NCBI RefSeq assembly: GCF_036971445.1
Contig: NC_091471.1
Location: forward strand, 355,012,001-355,076,000
DNA length: 64,000 bases
Direction of reading: 5' to 3'
Source of the DNA: Narcine bancroftii
Taxonomy: Eukaryota
Of this stretch, positions 1 through 11,638 are shown piece by piece; the stretch's first letter is position 1; every line of letters starts with the position of its first letter. Made by a program: the position numbers and the translations under genes. The notes under the pieces are model-generated. The model saw only the letters and a program-made list of their open reading frames with translations. It was not told the DNA's origin and ran no database searches.

Positions 1-722
1 ACCAGGGCCTCGCGCTTGATGACGGAGAAGGGGAAGTGAGCGCTGACGGCGCCGGCCGCGTTGTGCGCGGTGCACGTATAGGTGCCGGCATCCTGCAGCT
101 GCGCGTTGTAGATGACGAGTTGCCCGATGTTGGTCACCACCATGTTGCCGTTGACGTGGTTGGGCCGCAGCACGACGTTCGGCCCGCCGCCCAGCTGCTT
201 CTCCCACGTGATGTCGGGCCGCGGGCGCCCGTTGACGTCGCAGAGGAAGCTGACGGTGCCGCCCACGTAGATGGACTGGTGCACGGGCGTGGTGAGGAGC
301 GCGGGGGCGAGCGCGCCGCCCCCGGCGGTGGTGGGCGCGCCCGCCGTAGTGGTGAGCGCGGTGGTGCGGGCGGGCGCGGCGGTGCTGAGGCCTCCGAAGC
401 GGTGGGTGCAGGTGACCACGGTGAGGGTGATGCCCTTCGTGCAGGCTTCGGCGTCCATGTAGCACTTGTTGTAGTAGGTGAGGCCGTCCGAAGCGCAGGT
501 GAAGTGCGGCTCCTTCTCGCAGCGGTCGCGGCACTTGCACACCGGCTGGCCGTCCCAGATGTCGCACTCGGAGCCCTGCTGGGCGCACGTGAAGCGCTCG
601 CAGCTGGCGCCGCGGGCCGCCACGGCCGCCCCTTTCATGCCCTTGGGCGCCACGTAGCGCGCCGCCACGCAGCTGCGGGAGCCGCACACGTTCGGGCAGC
701 ACTTCTCGAAGGTCTCGCAGTC
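1..722 (-). CDS. WFIKKN2: WFIKKN2 (GASP-1) coding exon 2, partial: rest of WAP, follistatin/Kazal and Ig domains; continues beyond window start
   Basis: AG acceptor at 724-723 (minus). Translation DCETFEKCCPNVCGSRSCVAARY...QQGSECDIWDGQPVCKCRDRCEKEPHFTCASDGLTYYNKCYMDAEAC...VGGTVSFLCDVNGRPRPDITWEKQ is in phase with exon 1. Neighbours ANKRD40/LUC7L3 support WFIKKN2 over WFIKKN1. Confidence 0.93.
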
Positions 723-812
723 CTGCGGGCGGGGAGGGAGGGAGGGAGGGGGGGGAACGGGAAAAGGTTGGTCGGCGGCGCGCACACCAAGCCGCGCGCC
801 GCGAGCCCCCTC

Positions 813-3331
813 CCACCACGCCAACCTCTGCCCGGGCCCCCTCCCGCCACGCCAACCTCTGCCCGGGCCCCCTCCCGCCACGCCGCCCTCTGCCCCCGTC
901 CTGCCCGGGCCCCCTCCTGCCACGCCGCCCTCTGCCCCCGTCCTGCCCGGGCCCCCTCCCGCCACGCCGCCCTCTGCCCCCGTCCTGCCCGGGCCCCCTC
1001 CTGCCACGCCGCCCTCTGCCCCCGTCCTGCCCTCTGCCCCCGTCCTGCCCGGGCCCCCTCCTGCCACGCCGCCCTCTGGCCCCGTCCTGCCCGGGCCCCC
1101 TCCCGCCACGCCGCCCTCTGCCCCCGTCCTGCCCGGGCCCCCTCCCGCCACGCCGCCCTCTGCCCCCGTCCTGCCCGGGCCCCCTCCCGCCACGCCGCCC
1201 TCGGGCCCCGTCCTGCCCGGGCCCCCTCCCGCCACGCCGCCCTCGGCCCCCGTCCTGCCCTCGGCCCCCGTCCTGCCCGGGCCCCCTCCTGCCACGCCGC
1301 CCTCTGCCCCCGTCCTGCCCGGGCCCCCTCCTGCCACGCCGCCCTCTGCCCCCGTCCTGCCCTCTGCCCCCGTCCTGCCCTCTGCCCCCGTCCTGCCCTC
1401 TGCCCCCGTCCTGCCCTCTGCCCCCGTCTGCCCGGGCCCCCTCCCGCCACGCCGCCCTCTGCCCCCGTCTGCCCGGGCCCCCTCCCGCCACGCCGCCCTC
1501 TGCCCCCGTCCTGCCCGGGCCCCCTCCCGCCACGCCGCCCTCGGCCCCCGTCCTGCCCGGGCCCCCTCCCGCCACGCCGCCCTCGGCCCCCGTCCTGCCC
1601 GGGCCCCCTCCCGCCACGCCGCCCTCGGCCCCCGTCCTGCCCGGGCCCCCTCCCGCCACGCCGCCCTCGGCCCCCGTCCTGCCCGGGCCCCCTCCCGCCA
1701 CGCCGCCCTCGGGCCCCGTCCTGCCCGGGCCCCGTCCTGCCCGGGCCCCGTCCTGCCCGGGCCCCCTCCCACCACGCCGCCCTCTGCCCCCGGGCCCCCT
1801 CCCGCCACGCCGCCCTCGGCCCCCGTCCTGCCCGGGCCCCCTCCCGCCACGCCGCCCTCGGCCCCCGTCCTGCCCGGGCCCCCTCCCGCCACGCCGCCCT
1901 CGGCCCCCGTCCTGCCCGGGCCACCTCCCGCCACGCCGCCCTCGGCCCCCGTCCTGCCCGGGCCCCCTCCCGCCACGCCGCCCTCGGGCCCCGTCCTGCC
2001 CGGGCCCCCTCCCGCCACGCCGCCCTCGGGCCCCCTCCCGCCACGCCGCCCTCGGGCCCCCTCCCGCCACGCCGCCCTCGGGCCCCCTCCCGCCACGCCG
2101 CCCTCGGGCCCCCTCCCGCCACGCCGCCCTCGGGCCCCCTCCCGCCACGCCGCCCTCGGGCCCCCTCCCGCCACGCCGCCCTCGGGCCCCCTCCCGCCAC
2201 GCCGCCCTCGGGCCCCCTCCCGCCACGCCGCCCTCGGGCCCCCTCCCGCCACGCCGCCCTCTGCCCCCGGGCCCCCTCCCGCCACGCCGCCCTCTGCCCC
2301 CGGGCCCCCTCCCGCCACGCCGCCCTCTGCCCCCGGGCCCCCTCCCGCCACGCCGCCCTCTGCCCCCGGGCCCCCTCCCGCCACGCCGCCCTCGGGCCCC
2401 GTCCTGCCCGGGCCCCGTCCTGCCCGGGCCCCGTCCTGCCCGGGCCCCGTCCTGCCCGGGCCCCGTCCTGCCCGGGCCCCGTCCTGCCCGGGCCCCGTCC
2501 TGCCCGGGCCCCGTCCTGCCCGGGCCCCGTCCTGCCCGGGCCCCGTCCTGCCCGGGCCCCCTCCCACCACGCCGCCCTCTGCCCCCGGGCCCCCTCCCGC
2601 CACGCCGCCCTCGGCCCCCGTCCTGCCCGGGCCCCCTCCCGCCACGCCGCCCTCGGCCCCCGTCCTGCCCGGGCCCCCTCCCGCCACGCCGCCCTCGGCC
2701 CCCGTCCTGCCCGGGCCACCTCCCGCCACGCCGCCCTCGGCCCCCGTCCTGCCCGGGCCCCCTCCCGCCACGCCGCCCTCGGGCCCCGTCCCGCCACGCC
2801 GCCCTCGGGCCCCGTCCTGCCCGGGCCCCGTCCTGCCCGGGCCCCGTCCTGCCCGGGCCCCGTCCTGCCCGGGCCCCGTCCTGCCCGGGCCCCGTCCTGC
2901 CCGGGCCCCGTCCTGCCCGGGCCCCGTCCTGCCCGGGCCCCGTCCTGCCCGGGCCCCGTCCTGCCCGGGCCCCGTCCTGCCCGGGCCCCGTCCTGCCCGG
3001 GCCCCGTCCTGCCCGGGCCCCGTCCTGCCCGGGCCCCGTCCTGCCCGGGCCCCGTCCTGCCCGGGCCCCGTCCTGCCCGGGCCCCGTCCTGCCCGGGCCC
3101 CGTCCTGCCCGGGCCCCGTCCTGCCCGGGCCCCGTCCTGCCCGGGCCCCGTCCTGCCCGGGCCCCGTCCTGCCCGGGCCCCGTCCTGCCCGGGCCCCGTC
3201 CTGCCCGGGCCCCCTCCCACCACGCCGCCCTCTGCCCCCGGGCCCCCTCCCGCCACGCCGCCCTCTGCCCCCGTCCTGCCCGGGCCCCCTCCCGCCACGC
3301 CACCCTCTGCCCCCGTCCTGCCCGGGCCCCC
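813..3331. repeat. GC-rich modular minisatellite (42-bp master unit with 16/18/26/33-bp derivative units) in the WFIKKN2 intron
   Basis: Repeated GCCCGGGCCCCCTCCCGCCACGCCGCCCTCTGCCCCCGTCCT and sub-units such as (GCCCGGGCCCCGTCCT)n at ~2810-3210; C-rich on the + strand. Confidence 0.97.
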
Positions 3332-4113
3332 GATGCGGAGAATTGTGAGCCACTTCCCACCGCCCCCGGTCGCTCCAACAGACCGGAACTATTCATACCT
3401 CGGACGGGTCTTCAGCTTCCCGAGCCACGGTCCACTCAGCCCGCACCCCACCCCCTTCTCTTCTCCACCGTGTCCCTCAGCCCCGAATACCACTGGCTCC
3501 CTGGTCCAGAGAAGTGTGGCCCCGGGACAATTCCTTCAACCCGTGGTGGGTGGGGGGGGGGGGGGGGGGGGAAATTGAGGCAGTACTCCCTCCCCAACCT
3601 GCCCGCTGGCTTCCTGCTCGGGCATCCGGTCCTCTGTCCGGGACGCTCTCGAGAAAGGATCCCTCTCGGGGCCGCAGCGACCGCTGAACTGCAGCCAAAC
3701 GCTGCCTCCCAGACCCCAGAGATCCCCTCTGCCCAGCGCATCTCTCTATCCCTGACTCCCCATTTGCCGATCATCCTAGATCCGGGTCCAGAGCCCGAAA
3801 GGCTCGGAGGCCGAGTAACCGGTCCCTCCGCACGATCCACGCTCCACCCGAGGTTCGTCGCCCATCGGGGCAGACAGAACCGGAGATCGTCCCTCCGCGC
3901 ACCCTGGCCGAAGCCCAATGGAAGCGGGCGGCGAAGAACACTTCCCATTCTCCGGAAACCTCCAATATTTGAAATAAGACCCTGGAACTCGGGGAAACCA
4001 CCCCAATATGCGAAGGGATTCCCCGCAGACGGGACCAAAGTTCTCCTCGTGTAAACACAGGCACCGCCGTCCCCCTGCGCGCGCGGTCTGAGGACATCCT
4101 CAGCGGTCGTTAC

Positions 4114-4278
4114 CTGGTCCGCCTCACACTCCCTGGAGCAGGTGCTTTGAGCATCCACCCAGAGGCTGGGGGTCATCTCGTTTGGGCAGATGCCAGCATG
4201 GGAGTATTTGATCCGAGACACCTGCACGTTGTCCACACAAAGCGGGAAAAACAAGAAGAGCAGGATGGCTGGTCGCAT
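4114..4278 (-). CDS. WFIKKN2: WFIKKN2 coding exon 1 (signal peptide and start of WAP domain, 55 codons)
   Basis: MRPAILLFLFFPLCVDNVQVSRIKYSHAGICPNEMTPSLWVDAQSTCSRECEADQ, then donor CAG|GTAACG at 4113; phase 0 matches exon 2. Confidence 0.93.
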
Positions 4279-4385
4279 TGTGGCTGTCAGCTCTGGCCGC
4301 TGCCCCGCTCTCTCTCCGTCTCCTCTCCAAGCTGCCTGGGATTACTGACTTCTAGGCACTGAGATTTCCGATGGCGTCGCCCTGT

Positions 4386-4392
4386 ATTTATA
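4386..4392 (-). promoter_or_regulatory. Candidate TATA box of WFIKKN2
   Basis: TATAAAT on the minus strand ~110 nt upstream of the ATG, in GC/CpG-rich context. Confidence 0.55.
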
Positions 4393-6699
4393 CGCCGCCG
4401 GCGCGGGGGAATCTGTCGGGGGGGGCTGTCTGACAGGGCACCTCTCACTCGCGATCCTCTCGGTGACAGTAACAAACTGGTGCGGCGGCGTGTGTGCCGG
4501 TACTGGCCACTCTGCAGGCTATTGCATAGGGAGAATTCCGGAGCCAGCGACAGAGGGTCAGTCTAGGAAACGTCTCATCACACCTGGCTCCCGGGGTACA
4601 GGCTCGGTGCCGGAAGCCAAGGGTCGCCACTCACTAACCCCCTCAAACCTGAGGTCCAAGGCACACCAGCCCTGGACTGAAGGAATTGATTATTTTCAAG
4701 AGGGATGAAAAGTGACCTCTTAATAGAGGTCTACCAGATTCTGAGAAGCATAGAAAAGGTAGACAGCCAACACCTTTTTCCCAGGGCAGAAACAGTAAAC
4801 ACCAGAGGACATCGTACAAAATGAAGGGAGAAACGTTTAGGGCCAATATTAGGGGGAAGTTTTAGAGTTGTGGATGTCTGGAATGCCTTGCTGGAGATGG
4901 TGGAGCCATGTCCTGGGCCCTGCCACCCACTTCTTCAGCAGTGCCCTTCTCCCATCAGCTCAGGTGTGGGGACTGTCCGATGATGGTGCAATGAATCCAA
5001 GCCATTCCCAACACTAGTGAGGCTGAGATGGCATTCGAGCATGGGTGGAGAGTGCAAATTAATTTTCACCAGAAAGTCTCAGCACCTCTACCTATGGCTG
5101 AGTCCCACTCTCAGTTATGGGGGGTCACCACAGACCTGGGACTATTGGAACAGCCATGCTGATTGGAGCAGATCTATGGCTGGATGTTGCATGGTGAGTG
5201 ACTCACCTGCTGGGAATGCGAAGGCCTTTCCCCATCTATCAGTCAGGATGGTGTTGCAACACCCCCCACCCTGCCAGGATAAGGGCAGTGACAGTTTTCA
5301 AGGACCCAGTACAATTCATCTGCTCAATCAACCCCCCCCCCCCCACCAACATTCAACTGTTGTAGTGTCAACAAAATGCCCCGTAGTTTCCAGATCCACA
5401 TGAGACAATAAGAGGAAGCACAATTCTAATGCCATCTACAGAATCACAAATGGCAATGAGGAAGTTTTGTATTTTATATAAATGTTTGCACTAAGATGCT
5501 GCTGCAAAACAACACATTTTGTGATATGTTCTTGACAATAAATTTTGATTTGACACCTCTCCCCCAGCAATACACAGTGGCTGTTGTGTGGAACATTGAC
5601 AAATTGCCCCACAGGCATGTGAGCCAACGGGGAAGAGAGGTCACAAGTTGGGCCGATGTTCATTGGAATCAAGTTGAAGGAGAACTGATCCCATTGAAAT
5701 ATTTGGCTCCAAGAGAGTTCACAAGGTGGCTGTTGGAGTGGGGGGGGGGGGGGTGTCCCCTAGTTGGTGAAGATCTGCAAGCGCATTCAGAATAAATGGT
5801 CATCCATTTTAGACAAGATGAACTTTTTTTGAATACTCGAGAGCTGAGGAGAACTCGAACTTCTCTCGTTCTAGGGATCAGCCCGGGAACCTTAGCTCTC
5901 CCACCTCAGTCCTTGATTAGAACAGAATGAGGAGGAATTTCTTTACCCAGAGGATGAGGAATCTTAATTCATTGCCCTGGACAGCTGTGAAGGCCAAGTC
6001 ATTATTAAGACAAAGGGAGGTAAGTTGATTAGCATCAAGGGTTACTGGAAAAGGTAGAAGAATAGAGATGAAAAACATAGTATTTCACAAATGATGGCAG
6101 ACTTGATGGGCCAAATGACTTGAATAAGAACTTGTTTCATGGTCTTGAGTAAATGGATGAAACTGTTCCCTGGTTAGCTGCACCAAGGAGATAATCTTGG
6201 CAAGTACTGGTGGTGTGAATGCCCCAACTTCCATCAGTGTGTGACCCTGACTTCCTGCACAGCACTCTGTCAGACTAAATGATGAATCAGCGCAGGAGCC
6301 CTGAGGTTGGGTCCCTACAGACACAACATGGAAGGCTGCCTTTGTCTGTCTGCAGAACCTGACTGTGAACCAGCCTAAGCAGATTCCCAGAACTGTGCCT
6401 CTCTCCCCTCTCTGAATTGAGAAATAACAGCCTTGGACTTCTTCACAGATTTAAACTCTGTGGTATCTGACCATATTTATGCCATCCCACTGAAGAGAAG
6501 GAAGATGTTAGGCCCACCAAACGTAACCCAGCTCTTTCCCATGGGCCTCTCATTTCAAGCAGCATTGTTCCTCTCCCTTCCTTGAAGATCTCACCAATTA
6601 CCACCTTTGCCCCGAAAGCCACTTGAAAAGGAACCTCTCTTCCCACAAACCATTGGTGAGTAGTTTATAGGCCACCAAATAATATCACAGCACATGCTG

Positions 6700-7440
6700 T
6701 CTTAGACCTGTTCCTGTGCAAAGTGACAGATAATATTAACAATCTTGTCATTAGGGATCGTCTGGGAAAGAGGGATCACAGTATGATGGAATTTCTCGTA
6801 CAAACGGATGGTGTAATAGTACAATCTAAAATTGGTGCATTATTCCTAAACAAAGGAAACTATAATGGGATGAGGGAAGAGTTGGCTAGCATAGACTCGG
6901 AGCAAAGACTATGTGGTTGGGCAGTTTAGGAATAGTGGAATACTTTCAAAGAGATTTTTCACAGTGCTCTACAGAATGAGACTGAACTTGTCAGGTGTCC
7001 AAGAATTATTCCTGACACAATATTTGGACCAGCTGACTAGAGGAGAGGCCATACTAGATCTAGTACTGGGTAATGAACCTGGTCAGATGACAGACCTCTT
7101 GGTGAGGGAGCATTTTGGTGAGAGTGACCACAACTCTGAGCTTTAGCATAGCTATGGACAAGGATAAAAGCAGACAAAAAGGGGAAGTGTTTCATTGGGG
7201 AAGGGTGAATTACATGGGATGAGGAAGTGACAGATAATATTAACAATCTTGTCATTAGGGAGTGAGTAAATTGGGAACAGATGTTAACAGAAGAAATGTG
7301 GAGGATATTTAGGGCCTACTTGTGTGGGGTTCAGGATAGGTTTGTCGCATAGACAGTGAAAAGAGAACCATGAAAAGAGGTGAGGCAGCTAGTTAGGAGG
7401 AAGAAGGAAGCGTGCATGTACATTAGATTTAGGAGGAAGA
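6700..7440 (+). mobile_element. CR1-clade LINE ORF2 fragments (endonuclease region), degraded and rearranged
   Basis: Residual peptides TRGEAILDLVLGNEPGQMTDLLVREHFGESDHN and RDRLGKRDHSMMEF, typical of CR1 APE endonuclease C-terminal motifs. Confidence 0.8.
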
Positions 7441-8548
7441 TTTGAACCTTTTAATGTCCAATAATGCCATTCTTAAACTGATTAACGCTACATCCTTTTG
7501 TGCACGGCATTGTCTGTTGCAATTTAAGGTGGTTCATAGAGCATATATGTCTAAAGTTAAACTGGCTTTTTTCCAGGCATAAATTTTTGATGTGACAAAT
7601 GTTAAACAAGTGATGCCTCACATGTTTTGGAACTGCTCTAAAGCTTAGAAAAAATTTGGAAGTGTTTCAAATTCTGGGTTATTTTTAAATTAAAATTGGA
7701 ACCTAACCCTTTAATAGCTCTTTTTGGAATTCCTCATGACAATGATGTTATTCTAACTTCAATGTTGCATTTTATCCTTTTCTTCGTTAATAACCAGATG
7801 TTCAATTTTCATTTAAATGGAAAGACAATATTTGATTATGGATCATATCACAGAACAACATGATCATATTAAAGAAGGGAATTTTACATGTGTTATTTGT
7901 ATAATTTTTGTATTCAATATTATTTTTTGGACATAGTACAAGTTGTGATTTAATTGTTTAATTATTATAATTATAGAAATTGATGTCTTGAACATGTTAT
8001 GTAATTATGGTTCTGCTTCTAATTTACAATTGATAAGTGATATGTATATATGATTTGATTTATGTTATTAGTTTACTATGTGTAAAGAGTTTTTGTTAAA
8101 CTCAATAAAAATATTTTAAAAAGAAAGGAAAGACAATATTTCACCTACACATGCACAATGGCTAAGGGATATATCTTGTTTAAACTTGGAAAAAAAATTT
8201 AGATAATGCTGTTATTGATTCAAATATCAAATTCCAAATGATATGTGCTCATTCATGGACTACTATCATAACTAAGAGTTAGTGTGGATTTGGAATTTTG
8301 GCACGGTGCTGTCTTTCTCCAAGATTATGCGACTTGAACTTTTTAAATGTCAACCTTACTTAGGGTAAGGGGTTTAGAATTCATCTTTTTTGTTAGGTTC
8401 AATTGTCTCATTATGTTTGTGCTATTGTACTTTTGAATTTCTACATATGATTATTATTGTAACTTTTTTACTAGTTCTGTAGCACATATAATTGCATTCC
8501 TTTTTAAAAAATTGAATAAATATTAATAAAAATATTTTTTTTAAAAAG
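7441..8548 (+). mobile_element. AT-rich, degraded L1-like 3' fragments interrupting the CR1
   Basis: AT-rich, ends in AATAAA plus an A/T tail. Residual ORF2 C-terminal-like HMFWNC motif at ~7620. CR1 sequence resumes at ~8549. Confidence 0.5.
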
Positions 8549-9570
8549 ATTCAAGAAATAGGAAGGGCTCATGAGAATTGCATGGTAGCCAGGAAGGAAC
8601 TTAAGAAATTACTTAGGAGATCTCAAAGGGGACATAAGAAGCCTTGGGAAGTAGGATTAAGGAGAACCCCAAGACGTTCTATGCAATGTGAAGATCAGAA
8701 GGATGTTGAGTGAAGGTGGGAGTACATAAGGATAAAGGAGGCAACATGCTTGGAGGCAGAGGAGATTGGGAAAGTCTTAATACTTAGCTTCAGAATTCAC
8801 CAGAGAAAAGGACCTTGATCAGGGTAAGGTCAGAATAGAATAGGTTTGTGTGCTGAATGACGTTGAGATTAGGGAAGAGTTCCTGGGAATTATAGACTGA
8901 TGAGTCTTACATCAGTGGTGTGCAAACTATTGGAGAGATTCTTAAGGATAGGATTTATGAACATTTGGAAAAGTGAAGTATTCTCAGTAGAGTCAGCATG
9001 GCTTTGTGAGGGGAAGATCATGCCTTACAAGCCTAATTGAGTTTTCTGAGGAGGTAACAAAAGAAATTGATGAAGGTAGGGTGGTAGCTATGGTCCATAT
9101 GGATTTTAGTAAGACATATGATAAGGTCCCTCTTGAGAAACTTGATCAGAAATTATGAGGCATGGAGTCTATGGAACCTTGGCTGTGTGGATTAAAAATA
9201 GGCTTGCATGTAGAAAGCAGAGAGTAGTAGTAGATGGAAAGTATTCCATCTGGAGGTCAGTGACTAGTGCAGTACCACAGGGATCTATTCTGGGACCCCT
9301 GCTCTGTGATTTTTATAATATGACCTAGATGAAGAAGTGGAGGATGGGTCAGTAAGTTTGCAGATGATACAAAGGTTGGAGGAATTGTGGATAATGTTGA
9401 AGGATGTTGTAGGTTACAAAAGGATGTAGGCGAGAAGCAGAGTTGGTCAGAAAAGTGGTAGGCGGCGTTCATTCCGGATAAGTGTGAAGTGATGCATTTT
9501 GGAAGGTCAAAATAGAAGGCTGAGATAATGGTCAGATACTTAACAGTGTGGAGGAACAGGAAACTTGAGG
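8549..9570 (+). mobile_element. CR1-clade LINE reverse-transcriptase region, degraded
   Basis: Residual motifs QHGF..G.SCLTSLIEF, MDFSK.YDKVP, VPQGSILGPLL, KFADDTKVGG. Confidence 0.85.
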
Positions 9571-10199
9571 TCACTGAAGAAAGAGTGCTGAACAAACAGG
9601 TGGGCCTATAAAGGTAGGTAAGTCCCCTTGTTCTGATGGAATGAGTCCCAGGACACAGAAAAAAAACCATTAGTCAGTATAGTAGATGCATTTGTGGTCA
9701 TTTACAAAATTCTCTGGACTTCAGACAGGACCCGTCAGATAGGAAGGCATACAAATCTCACTCCAGTTTTGAAGAGGATGCAGGAAGAAAGCAATACATA
9801 AACCTGCTGCAGAAAATGAGCAAGTCACGCAGTATCCATGGGAAGTAAAAGGTAACCAATGTTTCAGGCCTGGGCTTTCACCAGGAAAAACCAGTAAGGG
9901 GAGGGGTATAGAGGAGAGGAAGGGGAAGTGTACCCATGCAGGTACCCATGGCGATAACTTGACTGGAGAAAGTGGGATGAGTCAAAGGTTATTGATGGTG
10001 AGTACATGTTCAAGTTCTGTCAGATGGAGGTGGTTGTGGAGAGACTGATTTGGTCTGTTATTGAGGAAGAAACAGCCTTTAGACCCTCTGTAGAGGCATA
10101 TAGAGATTGGAGGGAGAGAATAGAGGGCAGTGTGTTCCATGGGGTTAAGCTTGGAAATGGTGAGTAGAGTGGCATCACAGGGTTGTAAAGAGGGCTTTT

Positions 10200-10503
10200 G
10201 GTATATTGGCCATAAATCAAAGTATTGAATATAGGAGTTGGGATGTTATGGTAAAGTTATATAAGATATTGGTGAGGCCAGATTTGGAGTATTGTATGCA
10301 GTTTTGGTCACCTAATGACAAGAAACATTAATATGATAGAAAGAATGCAGAGAAGAGTTACTAGGATGTTGCCCAGACTTCAAGAATTGAGATACAGGGA
10401 AAGGAAAAACAGGTTAGAACATTATTCCCAGGAGCGTAGAAGAATGAGGGGAGATTTGTCAGTGGAATTTAAAATTATGAGGGGTATAGACAGAGTAAAT
10501 GAA
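10200..10503 (+). mobile_element. CR1 3' fragment; its last 194 bp (10310-10503) are duplicated at 12342-12535
   Basis: LYKILVRPDLEYCMQFWSP...ERMQRRVTRMLP...RRRMRGDL, the CR1 ORF2 C-terminal signature. Confidence 0.85.
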
Positions 10504-11570
10504 ATATGCATTCCGGCTATGAATATCTTCATCAGGGCTCCCCCCATGTACCCACAGCCTCAAACGCCCTGCATACAAGGCAGAGGCCAGGGCCTCCTGA
10601 CGAATATAATGTTCCTAATCCCAACAATTCCTCAGGGGTTAAATATACATTACCCCCTCCTTGCTCCCAAACATGCAGGAGCCAGGCTGCCAGAGTTTCT
10701 CCCACCTTTTGCCTAAATCGATCTCCAGTGGTAGCGAGCTCTTTTATAGAGAAGTCACGGATCATTGACGGCTCTTGACCTCTGCTCCCACTTTGGCCCA
10801 CAGGATCCTTTGCCCAGTGGACGGGAGGAGGCCTAGGCCATCCCATAGAGTATAAGCAAGGGTTCGGGTATTTTCCCCTGGGTCCGCTTGGGAGATCGGG
10901 CTATCTATCCCTTCAATCTCTTCCCTTACATCTGTTAGGGAAGTCTGCTGCCTCATGGGGCGGGCGTGAACAGCAGGTGGAGCAGGCAGTATGTTAGGCA
11001 CATGCTTAGGAGTATCTGCATTATTACCATGGTCTTTCCAGATATTCCCGTCCCATTCATCAATTAAATCAGGATTGTCGCCATTCCTTATCATGGCACG
11101 AATACGATGTGGATCGGGTTCTACTCCATGCCTTTCTTTATCTGTACAGAGCTGCAGCCGGAGTTTAATATTACGGCAGATCATTTGGACATGCTTATCC
11201 TCCCATTCTTTGACTCGGTCCTGACTGGTGTAAACAATCTCACTCATCATGGAACAGCGTTGTTGCAGGGCCTCTACCTCCTCCTCTAGTTGCTCTCTCT
11301 TATGCTGAGATTCTACTTCTCACTGAACTGATTCTGCTTCACGCTGAACAGAGTGGCGTAAGGCTGTGGCCAGCAGCTAAAAACCATCCGTCAGCGTCCA
11401 CTTTTTAAACTGGAAATTTACTTTCTCGAAGGAGAGTGGCAACCCGCTCTCCCAGAGGCGCACTTGATGGATCTAACTTCTCATCCCAACTGAGGGGTGG
11501 TCCCAACAAAGACAGGATATTGGCCAACATGCCAAATCCATTGTCTTTGGAAATCCATCCCGGAATCAAG
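10504..11570 (-). pseudogene. Disrupted retroviral gag (ORF pieces 11405-11665, 10762-11250, 10532-10846)
   Basis: Coiled coil followed by the WDGNIW motif and the FRQKxGE...WLLxxWxxG motif, as in ERV-L/ERV-S Gag; stops and frameshifts lie between the pieces. Confidence 0.72.
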
Positions 11571-11618
11571 AACTGCTCAGGACTCACCTCATTCTTTCGG
11601 CGAAACTTCTTGAGACCA

Positions 11619-11636
11619 ATCCTGCTGACTACGCCA
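11619..11636 (-). promoter_or_regulatory. Retroviral primer-binding site, tRNA-Ser
   Basis: Minus strand TGGCGTAGTCAGCAGGAT, 2 nt after the LTR CA end. Complementary (1 mismatch) to the vertebrate tRNA-Ser 3' end ...ATCCTGCCGACTACGCCA. Confidence 0.85.
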
Positions 11637-11638
11637 GT

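Noticed and set aside
635-3298. 887-aa Gly/Arg-rich minus-strand ORF
   Set aside because: Translation of the intronic minisatellite; A/T scarcity removes stop codons; no domain evidence.
813-3331. CRISPR-like appearance of repeated units (also 12101-12305 and 46079-46162)
   Set aside because: No unique spacers, no cas genes, eukaryotic context.
36-3578. 1180-aa plus-strand ORF
   Set aside because: It is antisense to GC-saturated WFIKKN2 exon 2 and then runs through a stop-free minisatellite; low-complexity translation and a non-ATG start.
3436-4113. C-terminal 225 aa of the 280-aa ORF
   Set aside because: Read-through past the exon 1 donor into the intron; WFIKKN2 similarity stops at EADQ.
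10762-11250. 162-aa ORF as a host or domesticated gene
   Set aside because: It is one piece of a gag interrupted by stops and frameshifts and truncated at the insertion end.
11619-11636. tRNA-Ser gene
   Set aside because: Only the 3'-terminal 18 nt including CCA are present, next to an LTR; this is a PBS, with no cloverleaf.
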